A stretch of DNA of 37,240 nucleotides from Planctomycetota bacterium (GTDB lineage: Bacteria; Planctomycetota; SZUA-567; H5-PLA8), in assembly GCA_045863855.1 (NCBI GenBank), contig BTVV01000057.1, positions 1 to 37,240 of the forward strand, written 5' to 3'. Shown one piece after another: positions 27,683 through 37,240 of this stretch. The number at the start of each line of letters is the position of its first letter. Within the stretch, counting starts at the first letter, position 1. Made by a program: the position numbers and the translations under genes. Under the pieces are notes generated by a model. That model ran no database searches. It saw only the letters and a list, made by a program, of their open reading frames with translations, and was not told the origin of the DNA.

Positions 27683-27796
27683 GACCATCCCGCGCTGGAG
27701 GTTGTATCCGGCGCTGCGGGGGTCGCTTGGGTTAGGGCCGTGTTCCCCCGCAGGACCCCCAGATCGGCCCCGCATTTCCTGGAGCAGTAGAGTCTC

Positions 27797-29287
27797 ATGG
27801 CCATACCGACGCCCGATGTGAGCGGTAGCGAGGCGCCCGCCCTGGAGGTCCAGACCCAGGTCGAGGAGGCCGGCACCTGGGCCAAGAAGGTGGCCATCAC
27901 CGTACCCGCGAAAGAGATCGCCAAGATCTACGACGGCGTGGTGGGAGAGTTGGCCGGCAACTTGCGTCTTCCGGGTTTCCGGCCGGGCAAGGTGCCTCGT
28001 GCGTACGCCGAGAAGAAATTCAAGGATGACATCGTCAAGCAAGTGAAATCCGATGTCGTCGAGCGCGCTTTCCGAGCCGCACTGGAACGCGAAAAGTTGG
28101 ACGTCGTCGGCTTGCCCGATCTCGATCCCGAGCAGATTCAGGTCGAACGTGACAAAGATTTGCGCTTCGATGTGCAGGTCGAGGTGAAGCCCACCTTCGA
28201 ACTGGGCAACTACAAGGGGCTGGCCGTCGAGCAAGAAGAAGTCGAGATATTCGACGAAGAGATCGATCAGCAGCTCAAGGCCGTCGCGGAGCGCTTCGCC
28301 GAACAGTCCGACGCGCCCGCCGACGCAGGCGTGCAGGATCGCGATATCGTTTCGGGCGTGCTCAAGTACACGGTGGACGGCCAGTTGGTCCACACGGAAG
28401 AAGATGCGCGCCTGATGGTCATGAACGGCCACACGCTGGGCGCTTGGGCGCACCTGGGCGACAAGTGGCTGACGGGCGCGAAAGCCGGCGAGTCGCGCAA
28501 GATCGAGAACGTGGCGCTCAGCGAAGGCTTTCCGCAGGAAGCGTTGCGCGGCAAGCAGGCGGTCCTGGAAGCAGAGGTCAAGAAGATTCAGCGCCCGGTC
28601 TCTCCGCCCATCGACGATGCGTTGGCTGCGAAGCTGGGGCAGAAGGACCTCGCCACGCTGAAGGACCGTATCAAGGAAGAATTGCGCGACCATCTGGCGA
28701 AGCAGGTGCGCAAGAAAGCCCGCGACGAACTGGTCGAGCAGGTGCTCAAGGTCACCACTTTCGAACTGCCCAAGCGCCTGACCGAGACGTATACGCAGCG
28801 CGTGGCGCAGGGCGGCGCGCAAATGCTGGCGCAGATGGGCGTCGACAGCGATGCACTGGCGGCGCGCAAGGAAGAGTTGATGCAGCGGGCGGTCAAGGAC
28901 GCCGAAGCCGAGCTGCGAAAGTTCTTCGTGCTCGATGCGCTGAGCGTCAAAGAAGGCTTGAAGGTGGAAGACGAAGAGGTGGACGAGGAGATCGTCAAGC
29001 AAGCCCGTTCCCGGGGCATGCGCGCGGCGGATCTCTTCGAGCGCCTGGAGCACGAAGGCGGCATCGAGCAGTTGCGCCAGGATCTCCAGACTAAGAAGGC
29101 GATGGATTACCTGGAAGAGCAGGCGGAGATTAAGGTCGTGCCGCGCAAGAAGCCCGATCTGACGCAGTCGCACGAGCATTGCGACCACGACCACGGCCAT
29201 TGCGATCACGATCACGGCCATGAGCACGGCCACGATCATTCCCACGAAGCTCCGGCGCCGGACGCCGGCGGGAGCAAAGGCTCCTAA
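27797..29287 (+). CDS. tig: Trigger factor with His/Cys-rich C-terminal tail
   Basis: Ribosome-binding signature LPGFRPGKVP, EVKPTFELGNYKGL, position upstream of clpP-clpX. Confidence 0.95.
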   Translation: MAIPTPDVSGSEAPALEVQTQVEEAGTWAKKVAITVPAKEIAKIYDGVVGELAGNLRLPGFRPGKVPRAYAEKKFKDDIVKQVKSDVVERAFRAALEREKLDVVGLPDLDPEQIQVERDKDLRFDVQVEVKPTFELGNYKGLAVEQEEVEIFDEEIDQQLKAVAERFAEQSDAPADAGVQDRDIVSGVLKYTVDGQLVHTEEDARLMVMNGHTLGAWAHLGDKWLTGAKAGESRKIENVALSEGFPQEALRGKQAVLEAEVKKIQRPVSPPIDDALAAKLGQKDLATLKDRIKEELRDHLAKQVRKKARDELVEQVLKVTTFELPKRLTETYTQRVAQGGAQMLAQMGVDSDALAARKEELMQRAVKDAEAELRKFFVLDALSVKEGLKVEDEEVDEEIVKQARSRGMRAADLFERLEHEGGIEQLRQDLQTKKAMDYLEEQAEIKVVPRKKPDLTQSHEHCDHDHGHCDHDHGHEHGHDHSHEAPAPDAGGSKGS

Positions 29288-29333
29288 GCGGAGCCGTTCG
29301 ATCTTTTAACGTGTTCACCGAGAGGACATTCCG

Positions 29334-29909
29334 ATGGGCCTGGTACCGATGGTCATCGAGCGCACCGGCCGTGGCGAGCGCGCATACGACATCTTTAGCC
29401 GATTGTTGAAGGATCGCATTATTTTCCTGGGCACGCCGATCGACGACACCATTGCATCGCTGATTGTGGCCCAGTTGCTCTTCCTGCAACTAGAGAACAA
29501 GGAAGCGCCGATCAGCATTTACATCATGTCGCCGGGCGGTTCGGTAAACGCCGGACTGGCGATTTACGATACGATCCAGCACATCACCAACGAAGTCGAG
29601 ACGTACTGCATTGGCCAAGCGGCGAGCATGGGCGCGTTCCTGCTCGCGGCCGGCACCAAGGGCAAGCGCTTCGCGCTTTCCAATTCGCGGATCATGATCC
29701 ACCAGCCTTGGGGTGGCGCCGGCGGCACCGCGACGGACATCGCCATCCAGGCCGAAGAGATTGTGCGCACCAAGAATAAACTCAACGAACTGCTCGCCAA
29801 GCACACCGGTCAGCCTATCGAACGGATCATCAAGGACTCCGACCGCGACTTTTTCATGTCGGCCGAAGAAGCTAAAGCGTACGGGATCGTGGACGAGATT
29901 TTAACGTAG
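29334..29909 (+). CDS. clpP: ATP-dependent Clp protease proteolytic subunit
   Basis: [27 protein letters not shown] (Ser), MIHQP (His), DRDFFM (Asp). Confidence 0.98.
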   Translation: MGLVPMVIERTGRGERAYDIFSRLLKDRIIFLGTPIDDTIASLIVAQLLFLQLENKEAPISIYIMSPGGSVNAGLAIYDTIQHITNEVETYCIGQAASMGAFLLAAGTKGKRFALSNSRIMIHQPWGGAGGTATDIAIQAEEIVRTKNKLNELLAKHTGQPIERIIKDSDRDFFMSAEEAKAYGIVDEILT

Positions 29910-30016
29910 CCGGTCGGTCGGTTCGGGCCTACAATTTTAAGCTGCGGCCAGAGTTCCAAGGTCGCCACGAGGGCGCGGACCGACCGTGCTCGTTCTTTGG
30001 CAACGGGATTGAGATC

Positions 30017-31372
<1,356 letters not shown>

Positions 31373-31448
31373 GCGCGTTTTATAGCAACTTGCACTCTAG
31401 GCCTGTTTTCTCGCTTCGCGGCTAGGTAGCTGTCCGTGCTCACACGAG

Positions 31449-32426
31449 CTACGAGATGGCTTCGATGCGCTGAAGTTCTTCCGGCGTGAAATCGGGCACG
31501 GCGGCGGCAGCCAGGTTCTCGTTGACTTGGTCGGCAGTTTTGGCGCCGGGGATCACGGTGCTCACGGCTTCGGGAACGAGGCAGAACTTGAGCGCGGCTT
31601 GAGCGAGGGTGCGGCCGGTATCCTGCGCCAGGAAGCGAAAGCGCTCGACACGTTCGAGGTCGCGGGCGAGCCGGTCGGGCGGGAAGCGGTCGCGGCGGTG
31701 GTCGTCCTCGGCGAAGCGGTGATCGGCCGCGAATTTACCCGTCAGGAGGCCCGAGGCGAGCGGAACGCGCACGATGATGCCGACGCCTTTCTGTTCGGCT
31801 CGCGCAAAGAGCTGCTTCGCCGCCTCGCGTTCGAGCAAGTTGTAGGCGACCTGGATCGTTTCGACCTCTCCGTGCTGGATCGCCAGCAGCCCTTCTTCGG
31901 GCGAAGCGACGGAGACGCCGTAGTGTTCGATCTTCCCGGCATCTTTAAGAGCGCGGAGCGTGTTCCATACGGCTCGGTCGGCCAGCGTCTCGAGGGGCGG
32001 ATTGTGAAGCTGGTACAAATCCAGGCTGGTGACGCCGAGCCGGTGCAGACTGCGTTCGCAGGCGTGCCGGATGTAGTCGGGCGAAAAGTCCTTCTTCGGC
32101 GGTTCGGGATCGCGGCGCACGGTGCCCACTTTTGTGGCAATGTGGACGCGGCGCGGTGAATTTCGGAGCGCCTTTCCGACGAGCAGCTCGCTGTGCCCAT
32201 TACCGTAGCTGTCTGCGGTATCGACGAAATTTACCCCGCGTTCGAAGGCGCGCGCAAGGGCGGCGAGGCTGACGGCGTCGTCGGTAGTCCCGTAACCCAT
32301 GGCGCGGTCGGCGACGCGCGCGCCTCCGCCAATGGCCCAGGCGCCGATGGCGATTTCGGTCACGTTCAGCCCGGTGCTACCCAGCGGACGGCGGCGCAAC
32401 GGAGGTGCGGGAACGGCATCGGCCAT
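31449..32426 (-). CDS. Aldo/keto reductase
   Basis: IGAWAIGG, FVDTADSYG, ATKVG, DLYQLH, GVS, YNLL, PLASGLLTG, IPGAK motifs. Confidence 0.95.
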   Translation of the reverse strand: MADAVPAPPLRRRPLGSTGLNVTEIAIGAWAIGGGARVADRAMGYGTTDDAVSLAALARAFERGVNFVDTADSYGNGHSELLVGKALRNSPRRVHIATKVGTVRRDPEPPKKDFSPDYIRHACERSLHRLGVTSLDLYQLHNPPLETLADRAVWNTLRALKDAGKIEHYGVSVASPEEGLLAIQHGEVETIQVAYNLLEREAAKQLFARAEQKGVGIIVRVPLASGLLTGKFAADHRFAEDDHRRDRFPPDRLARDLERVERFRFLAQDTGRTLAQAALKFCLVPEAVSTVIPGAKTADQVNENLAAAAVPDFTPEELQRIEAIS

Positions 32427-32544
32427 CGTGGGTTCCTCGGATTCCCGGTTGCGCGGATGCGTTAAGATGCGCGGATGTTGGGGATGCTACTCGCTGGCCG
32501 CAGGCGGGCAACCACCGCCGGAGAAAAGCAGTCTGGCGCCTTGC

Positions 32545-32573
32545 TTGAACTTCGGTTCGTAACGACCTAGAAT
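32545..32573 (+). promoter_or_regulatory. Sigma70-type promoter of rnpA-yidD-yidC
   Basis: TTGAAC (32545-32550), 17-bp spacer, TAGAAT (32568-32573); GGAG before GTG 32601. Confidence 0.65.
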
Positions 32574-32600
32574 CCCCTTTTTGGATGCCGGCCGTGGAGA

Positions 32601-33002
32601 GTGGCGGTGACGGACGCAAAGGCGGACCCGCCGCGGCCGCATGGCTTGAGCCGCTTTGACCGCTTGCGCGCGACCCGAGATTTCCAACGGGCCTACGACG
32701 CGGGCCGGGCATGGCACGGCAAGCATGTGGTCATCTTCATCTGCGCCAACGAGTTGCCGCAGATCCGCATGGGCGTTTCGGTGGGCAAGAAGCACGGCGG
32801 CGCGGTGCGCCGGAACCGGCTGAAGCGCGTTTTGCGCGCGGCGTTCCGGGCCTGCCGCGACGAATTGCCGGCGGGGTACGATTTTGTCCTCGTGCCACGG
32901 CGGGGCGAGCAGATCTTGACGGTGGAAAGCGCATGCGAGGAATTACACCGCATGGTGCGCCGGCAAGGTTGGTCTGCGCCGCACGAAGCCGGCCGAAAGT
33001 AA
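32601..33002 (+). CDS. rnpA: Ribonuclease P protein component
   Basis: RLxxxxDF, RMGVSVGKKHGGAVRRNRLKR (RNR motif), GYDFVLV. Confidence 0.95.
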   Translation: MAVTDAKADPPRPHGLSRFDRLRATRDFQRAYDAGRAWHGKHVVIFICANELPQIRMGVSVGKKHGGAVRRNRLKRVLRAAFRACRDELPAGYDFVLVPRRGEQILTVESACEELHRMVRRQGWSAPHEAGRK

Positions 33003-33020
33003 TGACTGCGGACGCGGAAG

Positions 33021-33347
33021 GTGAGTAGCGTCCTTACGCGCGAGGAGCGCCGCGTGGCGGCCAAACGATGCTGGACGCGCCGGGTGGCGATGTTTCCCGT
33101 GCATGTCTACCTGTGGACGCTGGCGTGGCTGCTGGGCGGGCATTGCCGGTTTACGCCGTCGTGTTCCCGGTACGCCTTGGAAGCGATCGAGCGCCACGGA
33201 GCGCTGAAGGGCTGGTGGCTGGCGGTGCGGCGGTTGCTGCGTTGCCATCCGTTTCATCCGGGCGGGCCCGATCCCGTGCCTCCCGAGCCGGGCGCTGCCG
33301 CGCCGGCCGGAATGGCGCCGTCCGTTGCCGATAAAGGAAGTCACTGA
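33021..33347 (+). CDS. yidD: Membrane protein insertion efficiency factor
   Basis: [19 protein letters not shown]...[13 protein letters not shown]; lies between rnpA and yidC. Confidence 0.93.
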   Translation: MSSVLTREERRVAAKRCWTRRVAMFPVHVYLWTLAWLLGGHCRFTPSCSRYALEAIERHGALKGWWLAVRRLLRCHPFHPGGPDPVPPEPGAAAPAGMAPSVADKGSH

Positions 33348-33352
33348 GAGCC

Positions 33353-35395
33353 ATGGCGGAAGCGAAACGAAATTCAATTGATCTCGTGAAGGTAGTCGGG
33401 ATCGCCTTGGCCGTGGCCATATTCTTTGGCGGCCAATTCTACTTCAGCGCTCAAAACGAAAAGCGCGCGGCCGAATGGCAGGCGCAGCAGGCCGAACTGC
33501 GGCGTCAGGAACTGCTCAAGAAAACCGAGCCGGTTCTCGTAAGCCCCAAGAGCGGCTTGGATCCGTCCGTCGAAGCGAAGAGCGGCGAAGCGTTACCCGC
33601 CGAAGCCAAGACCGCGAAGACCGCCGAGGGCGCCAAGACGGGCGATCCGAATGGTGAGACGCCGGCGCCGGTCAAGGTGGAGCAAGCCGCGCCGGTAGGC
33701 GATGTGGTGCTGGGCGGCGCCGAAGGCGATCTGCTCAAGCTGACCCTGACGCAGGCCGGCGCGACGCTCAAGCACGGGATGCTGGCCCAGGAACGCGTGC
33801 TGGCACAAACGCCGGACGACGAAAAGGGCCTGGAGCTTCTCGACGAGATCGAGCCGGGCAAACGCAGCCTTGCGCTGGTGAAGTTCCGCTTCAACGCTTA
33901 CGAGTTCACCGATCTGGAATCGCGGCTTTGGGAAAAGGAAGCCGCGGGCGAACCGTCGGACGAGGCGGCCGTCGCGTACGCCACGACCCTGGCGGATACC
34001 GAAGGCAAGCCGCTGGCGAAAGTGTTCAAGCGCTTCGTGCTGCCTCCTCAGGGACAGCACCTGCTGCTTGAAGTGCGCGTCCAGAACCTGACGGGACAGC
34101 CGGCGACCTATGCCTACCAATTGCGCGGACCGGCGGGGATCCTGCTGGACGGGCCGAAACACGATCCCGAACAAGGCACGTACGTGCAGCTCAAGCTGCA
34201 ACTTGCCAGCCGTCTGATCAGCCAGGAGCATCCGGACGTCCTGACCCAGTTTCCGCATCCGGCGGATAAAGTTCCCGATTTGGAAGATCGCAGGGTTAGC
34301 GGCGAAGAGAACCTCTGGGCGGCGCTCAGCAATCGTTTTTTCCTCACGGCGCTGGTGGCGCTGAGGCCGACGCAAGTCGTGCAGATTGTCGCGGAGCCGA
34401 TTTTTGGCAAGAAGCGCGAGGACAAGCTCGACGACAAGCGCTTTCACTACGACAACCTGACGCCGATCTTCTTCCGCAAGGAAAGCGAACCGCTCGCCGC
34501 GGGAGCAACCGGCGAAGCCGAGCCTTACGCCTTGTACCTGGGACCTCTGCAACCTGAGCACATTCGGGACTGGGAAGCGTCCTTGGCCTTGCCGCGGCCG
34601 ATGCATCTTGAAGAGGCCGTGCAATACTGCGACATCTGGGGCACGCGCTGGCCGCGCGTCGATTGGCTGTCCGGCATGTTGCTAGCGATCTTCCGGGGCA
34701 TTCAGAGCCTTTTTGGGAGCTGGGGGCTGGCGGTGATTCTGCTGACCCTGGTGGTCAAGGTGGCTCTCCATCCTATGCAGCGCAAGATGAACGTAAGCAT
34801 GCATAAGATGCAGATGCTGCAGCCCAAGCTGGCGGCCATCGAAGAGAAGTACAAGACGCAGACGAAGCCGGAGCAGAAACAGAAGAAGGAAATGGAGAAG
34901 TGGGATCTGATGCGTAAGGAAGGCGTCAATCCCACGATGGGCTGTTTACCGATGCTCCTGCAGATGCCGATCTTCTTCGCGCTGTACGGCACGTTCGCGC
35001 GTGCCTTCGAGATCCGGCACGCGAAGTTCCTATGGGTGGAAGACCTTTCCTTGCAGGATCGCTTCATGCATGTGGCGATATGGCCGCACGAGCTGAACTT
35101 GCTGCCGGTGATCTACATCGCCATGACGATCGTCACGACGCTGCGCATGCCCAAGCCTGAGAATCCCGATCCGCAGCAGGAAATGCAGCGAAAGATGATG
35201 TCGTTTATGCCGGTGATGTTCGGGGTGCTCTTCTACCGCATGCCAGCGGGACTGATCCTGTACTTCGCCGCCAGCGCCTGTTTCGGGCTGATCGAGACGT
35301 GGTACATCAAGCGCTTTGTGCTGAAGGTGGACAAGCACGGCAAGCCGCTGGCCGCAGCGGGGCTGCCGGTGGAGCCCAAGGCCGCTACGCGCTGA
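33353..35395 (+). CDS. yidC: Membrane protein insertase YidC (long form with periplasmic domain)
   Basis: N-terminal TM, YLGP, WGLAVILLTLVVK, NPTMGCLPMLLQMPIFFALY, FLWVEDLS, PAGLILY. Confidence 0.96.
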   Translation: MAEAKRNSIDLVKVVGIALAVAIFFGGQFYFSAQNEKRAAEWQAQQAELRRQELLKKTEPVLVSPKSGLDPSVEAKSGEALPAEAKTAKTAEGAKTGDPNGETPAPVKVEQAAPVGDVVLGGAEGDLLKLTLTQAGATLKHGMLAQERVLAQTPDDEKGLELLDEIEPGKRSLALVKFRFNAYEFTDLESRLWEKEAAGEPSDEAAVAYATTLADTEGKPLAKVFKRFVLPPQGQHLLLEVRVQNLTGQPATYAYQLRGPAGILLDGPKHDPEQGTYVQLKLQLASRLISQEHPDVLTQFPHPADKVPDLEDRRVSGEENLWAALSNRFFLTALVALRPTQVVQIVAEPIFGKKREDKLDDKRFHYDNLTPIFFRKESEPLAAGATGEAEPYALYLGPLQPEHIRDWEASLALPRPMHLEEAVQYCDIWGTRWPRVDWLSGMLLAIFRGIQSLFGSWGLAVILLTLVVKVALHPMQRKMNVSMHKMQMLQPKLAAIEEKYKTQTKPEQKQKKEMEKWDLMRKEGVNPTMGCLPMLLQMPIFFALYGTFARAFEIRHAKFLWVEDLSLQDRFMHVAIWPHELNLLPVIYIAMTIVTTLRMPKPENPDPQQEMQRKMMSFMPVMFGVLFYRMPAGLILYFAASACFGLIETWYIKRFVLKVDKHGKPLAAAGLPVEPKAATR

Positions 35396-35402
35396 GCCGC
35401 GG

Positions 35403-36050
35403 TCAGTCGTCGCGAATCCAGCCGTCTTGATCCACGCCCAAGCGCGTGGATTCATCGGCGAAGATATGGTCGTCCGGCGTGCCGTCGGCATCGAGATCCC
35501 TTTGCGGGCCGGTGAGCCACTCGACGTGCCCGTCGCCTTGTAGCATATTTTGTCCCGGCGCCTTTCCATCCGCTCCTTTGTGATTGAACGAGTTTCCACT
35601 GGCCGGATCGAGATCCCCGTGGTCGGCGGCTATGGCGGCCAAACCGTGAGACTGCGTATGCCGGCGGTCGAAGCCATAGGCGGACATGCTGCGGTCCATA
35701 TTGGGCGCTGCGTTTCCTAAGGAAGTATCCACGATACTTGTGGAATTCTTGGTGTTTTGCGGGCATTGAAAGACGCGGGCATCGTGGACGTACCCTTTGT
35801 GAGTCAAATTCAGCGAGCGAAGCGCGCTGACACCATCGTTTGGAAAGCGACCCATATGCTCGCCCACATCGGCGTACATGTTGCAGGCCTTGCCAATTTG
35901 GCTGAGATTGCTGGCGCAATGCGCGCGCCGGGCACCAGTCCTTGACGTTCCGGCCGTGAGGAAACCTACGATCAGGAACAAGGCGGCGACGCAGCCAAGC
36001 ACGACTAGCAGTTCGGCCAGCGTGAAACCCTTGGGTGGAGACACGCGCAT
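35403..36050 (-). CDS. Prepilin-type N-terminal cleavage protein with H-X9-DG-like C-terminus
   Basis: KG|FTLAELLVV with Glu+5, CASNLSQIG, FQCP, NH...NMLQGDGHVEW; GGAGG RBS. Confidence 0.88.
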   Translation of the reverse strand: MRVSPPKGFTLAELLVVLGCVAALFLIVGFLTAGTSRTGARRAHCASNLSQIGKACNMYADVGEHMGRFPNDGVSALRSLNLTHKGYVHDARVFQCPQNTKNSTSIVDTSLGNAAPNMDRSMSAYGFDRRHTQSHGLAAIAADHGDLDPASGNSFNHKGADGKAPGQNMLQGDGHVEWLTGPQRDLDADGTPDDHIFADESTRLGVDQDGWIRDD

Positions 36051-36173
36051 GTAACCTCCTATATCCGATCAATTCCATCCGGTCCTACGTGTGAAAGGCT
36101 GAAGCGGTTCGGCCCGATAAAATCACGACCTCGCACTTGAAGCGCGCGGGAAGGCGCGCAAGCTACTGACTCG

Positions 36174-37240
36174 ATGCCCGATCCGCGTTTCTTTATCCCG
36201 TTCGATCCGCGCCTGCAGCCGGCGCCGGCAGGGGAGCCGTTGCGCCAGCTTTGGCGGGTCCATGCGCTCCTGGAGCGTTCGGCCTCCGGCGGTAAGCTGC
36301 CGCTTAATTTTGCGTTGCGCGAGTTCGCGCTGGCGGGTTCTGCCGCGATCCCGGAACTCCGCCGCGCCGCCGCGGACGACACTCTGCCGCCGCATACGCG
36401 CGAACTGGCGCGCTTGGGCGTTCGAATGGCGGTTTGCGACGAGATCGGTGGCGGCTTGGCGTTTGCGCTGAACCATGCGCCCGGCGAGTTGGCTCCCGAA
36501 GTCGGCGCGGCGGTTTTGGCGAGGTTGCGGTACCCGGACCTCGATCCCGAGGCTCCGATTCGAAAAATCGATCGGATGGGCAAGGCGGCGGCCAAGTTCG
36601 TGGGTCAGGCCTTGGGCCGGCCCCTGGACGAGCAACTGCTCGCCGAGCGCCCGCTCGACGTGGTGTTGCGGTTGGGGGAGTTCTGGCGTACCAAGCGGTT
36701 CGCGGGCAAGCGCAACGATTACTACGACGTGCGCAACAGCATGCTCCCGGATGTGCTGGAGCGTAAAACCGGGCTGCCGATCACGCTTTCGGTGGTGTAC
36801 CTCGCACTGGCCCGCAGGCTGGGCTTGTCCGCCGATGGCATCGGACTGCCAGGGCATTTTATCGTTCGCGTGACCTTGAAGCAGGATGGGCGCGAGGGTG
36901 TGGTTTACATCGACCCGTTCCATCACGCCCGGCCGTTGGACGTGCCGGCGTGCAAGAAACTGGTGGAATCCCAGGGCCGCCGCTTCGTGCCCGGAGAGCA
37001 TCTGCGCCCGGTGAGCACGCGGGATTTGCTTTTACGCATGTGCTACAATTTATTGAACCTGTACGACGCGAAATTCGAGTCTTTGCAAGCCGAATGGGTG
37101 GCGACGGTACTCTTGCATCTGAACGAACATCATCCATCGTCGCGGATGGTGCGCGCGGAGCGGCGGCTGCAACGCGGAGAAAAGCCGCTGGGCGTGGCCG
37201 ATCTTTTCGCGGTGCTGTCCGAAGGACCGGGCACACCGGC
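36174..37240 (+). CDS. SirB1/transglutaminase-like (Transglut_core2) protein, 3' truncated by the window edge
   Basis: Own translation from ATG 36174: ...FAGKRNDYYDVRNSMLPDVLERKTGLPITLSVVYLALARRLG...GLPGHF...YIDPF; absent from the ORF track, presumably because no stop is reached. Confidence 0.85.
   Translation, partial: MPDPRFFIPFDPRLQPAPAGEPLRQLWRVHALLERSASGGKLPLNFALREFALAGSAAIPELRRAAADDTLPPHTRELARLGVRMAVCDEIGGGLAFALNHAPGELAPEVGAAVLARLRYPDLDPEAPIRKIDRMGKAAAKFVGQALGRPLDEQLLAERPLDVVLRLGEFWRTKRFAGKRNDYYDVRNSMLPDVLERKTGLPITLSVVYLALARRLGLSADGIGLPGHFIVRVTLKQDGREGVVYIDPFHHARPLDVPACKKLVESQGRRFVPGEHLRPVSTRDLLLRMCYNLLNLYDAKFESLQAEWVATVLLHLNEHHPSSRMVRAERRLQRGEKPLGVADLFAVLSEGPGTP

Noticed and set aside
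27424..27796. tRNA or SRP RNA upstream of tig
   Set aside because: No cloverleaf with properly placed T-loop and acceptor stem, and no SRP GGAA-loop core seen
36123..37236. Minus-strand ORFs (292 and 125 aa) at the right end
   Set aside because: Shadows of the plus-strand SirB1-like gene starting at 36174

Overview
High-GC bacterial chromosomal window, probably PVC/Planctomycetota (inferred from an H-X9-DG prepilin-like protein and many secreted unknowns), made mostly of core genes: queF, mqnD, an M50-like membrane peptidase, GT2 plus MsbA-like ABC exporter, a radical SAM protein, a PhyH dioxygenase/AraC pair, addB-addA-TPR-gapN-like, two tandem paralogous secreted DNRLRE/GH123-like proteins, tig-clpP-clpX, an aldo-keto reductase, rnpA-yidD-yidC, a prepilin-like protein and a SirB1-like gene running off the right edge (missing from the ORF track). 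No rRNA, tRNA, CRISPR array or mobile element was recognised. The strongest non-coding signals are (i) a ~780 bp gene-free stretch (2575-3355) with a very AT-rich core and repeated TAGGYRCT motifs but no canonical DnaA boxes, and (ii) ~900 bp further on, a perfect parS palindrome next to four CATAACA boxes. With rnpA-yidC in the same window, this suggests an origin-proximal region and possibly a non-canonical oriC uncoupled from dnaA (inference). All family calls were made by eye from motifs; no database searches were run.
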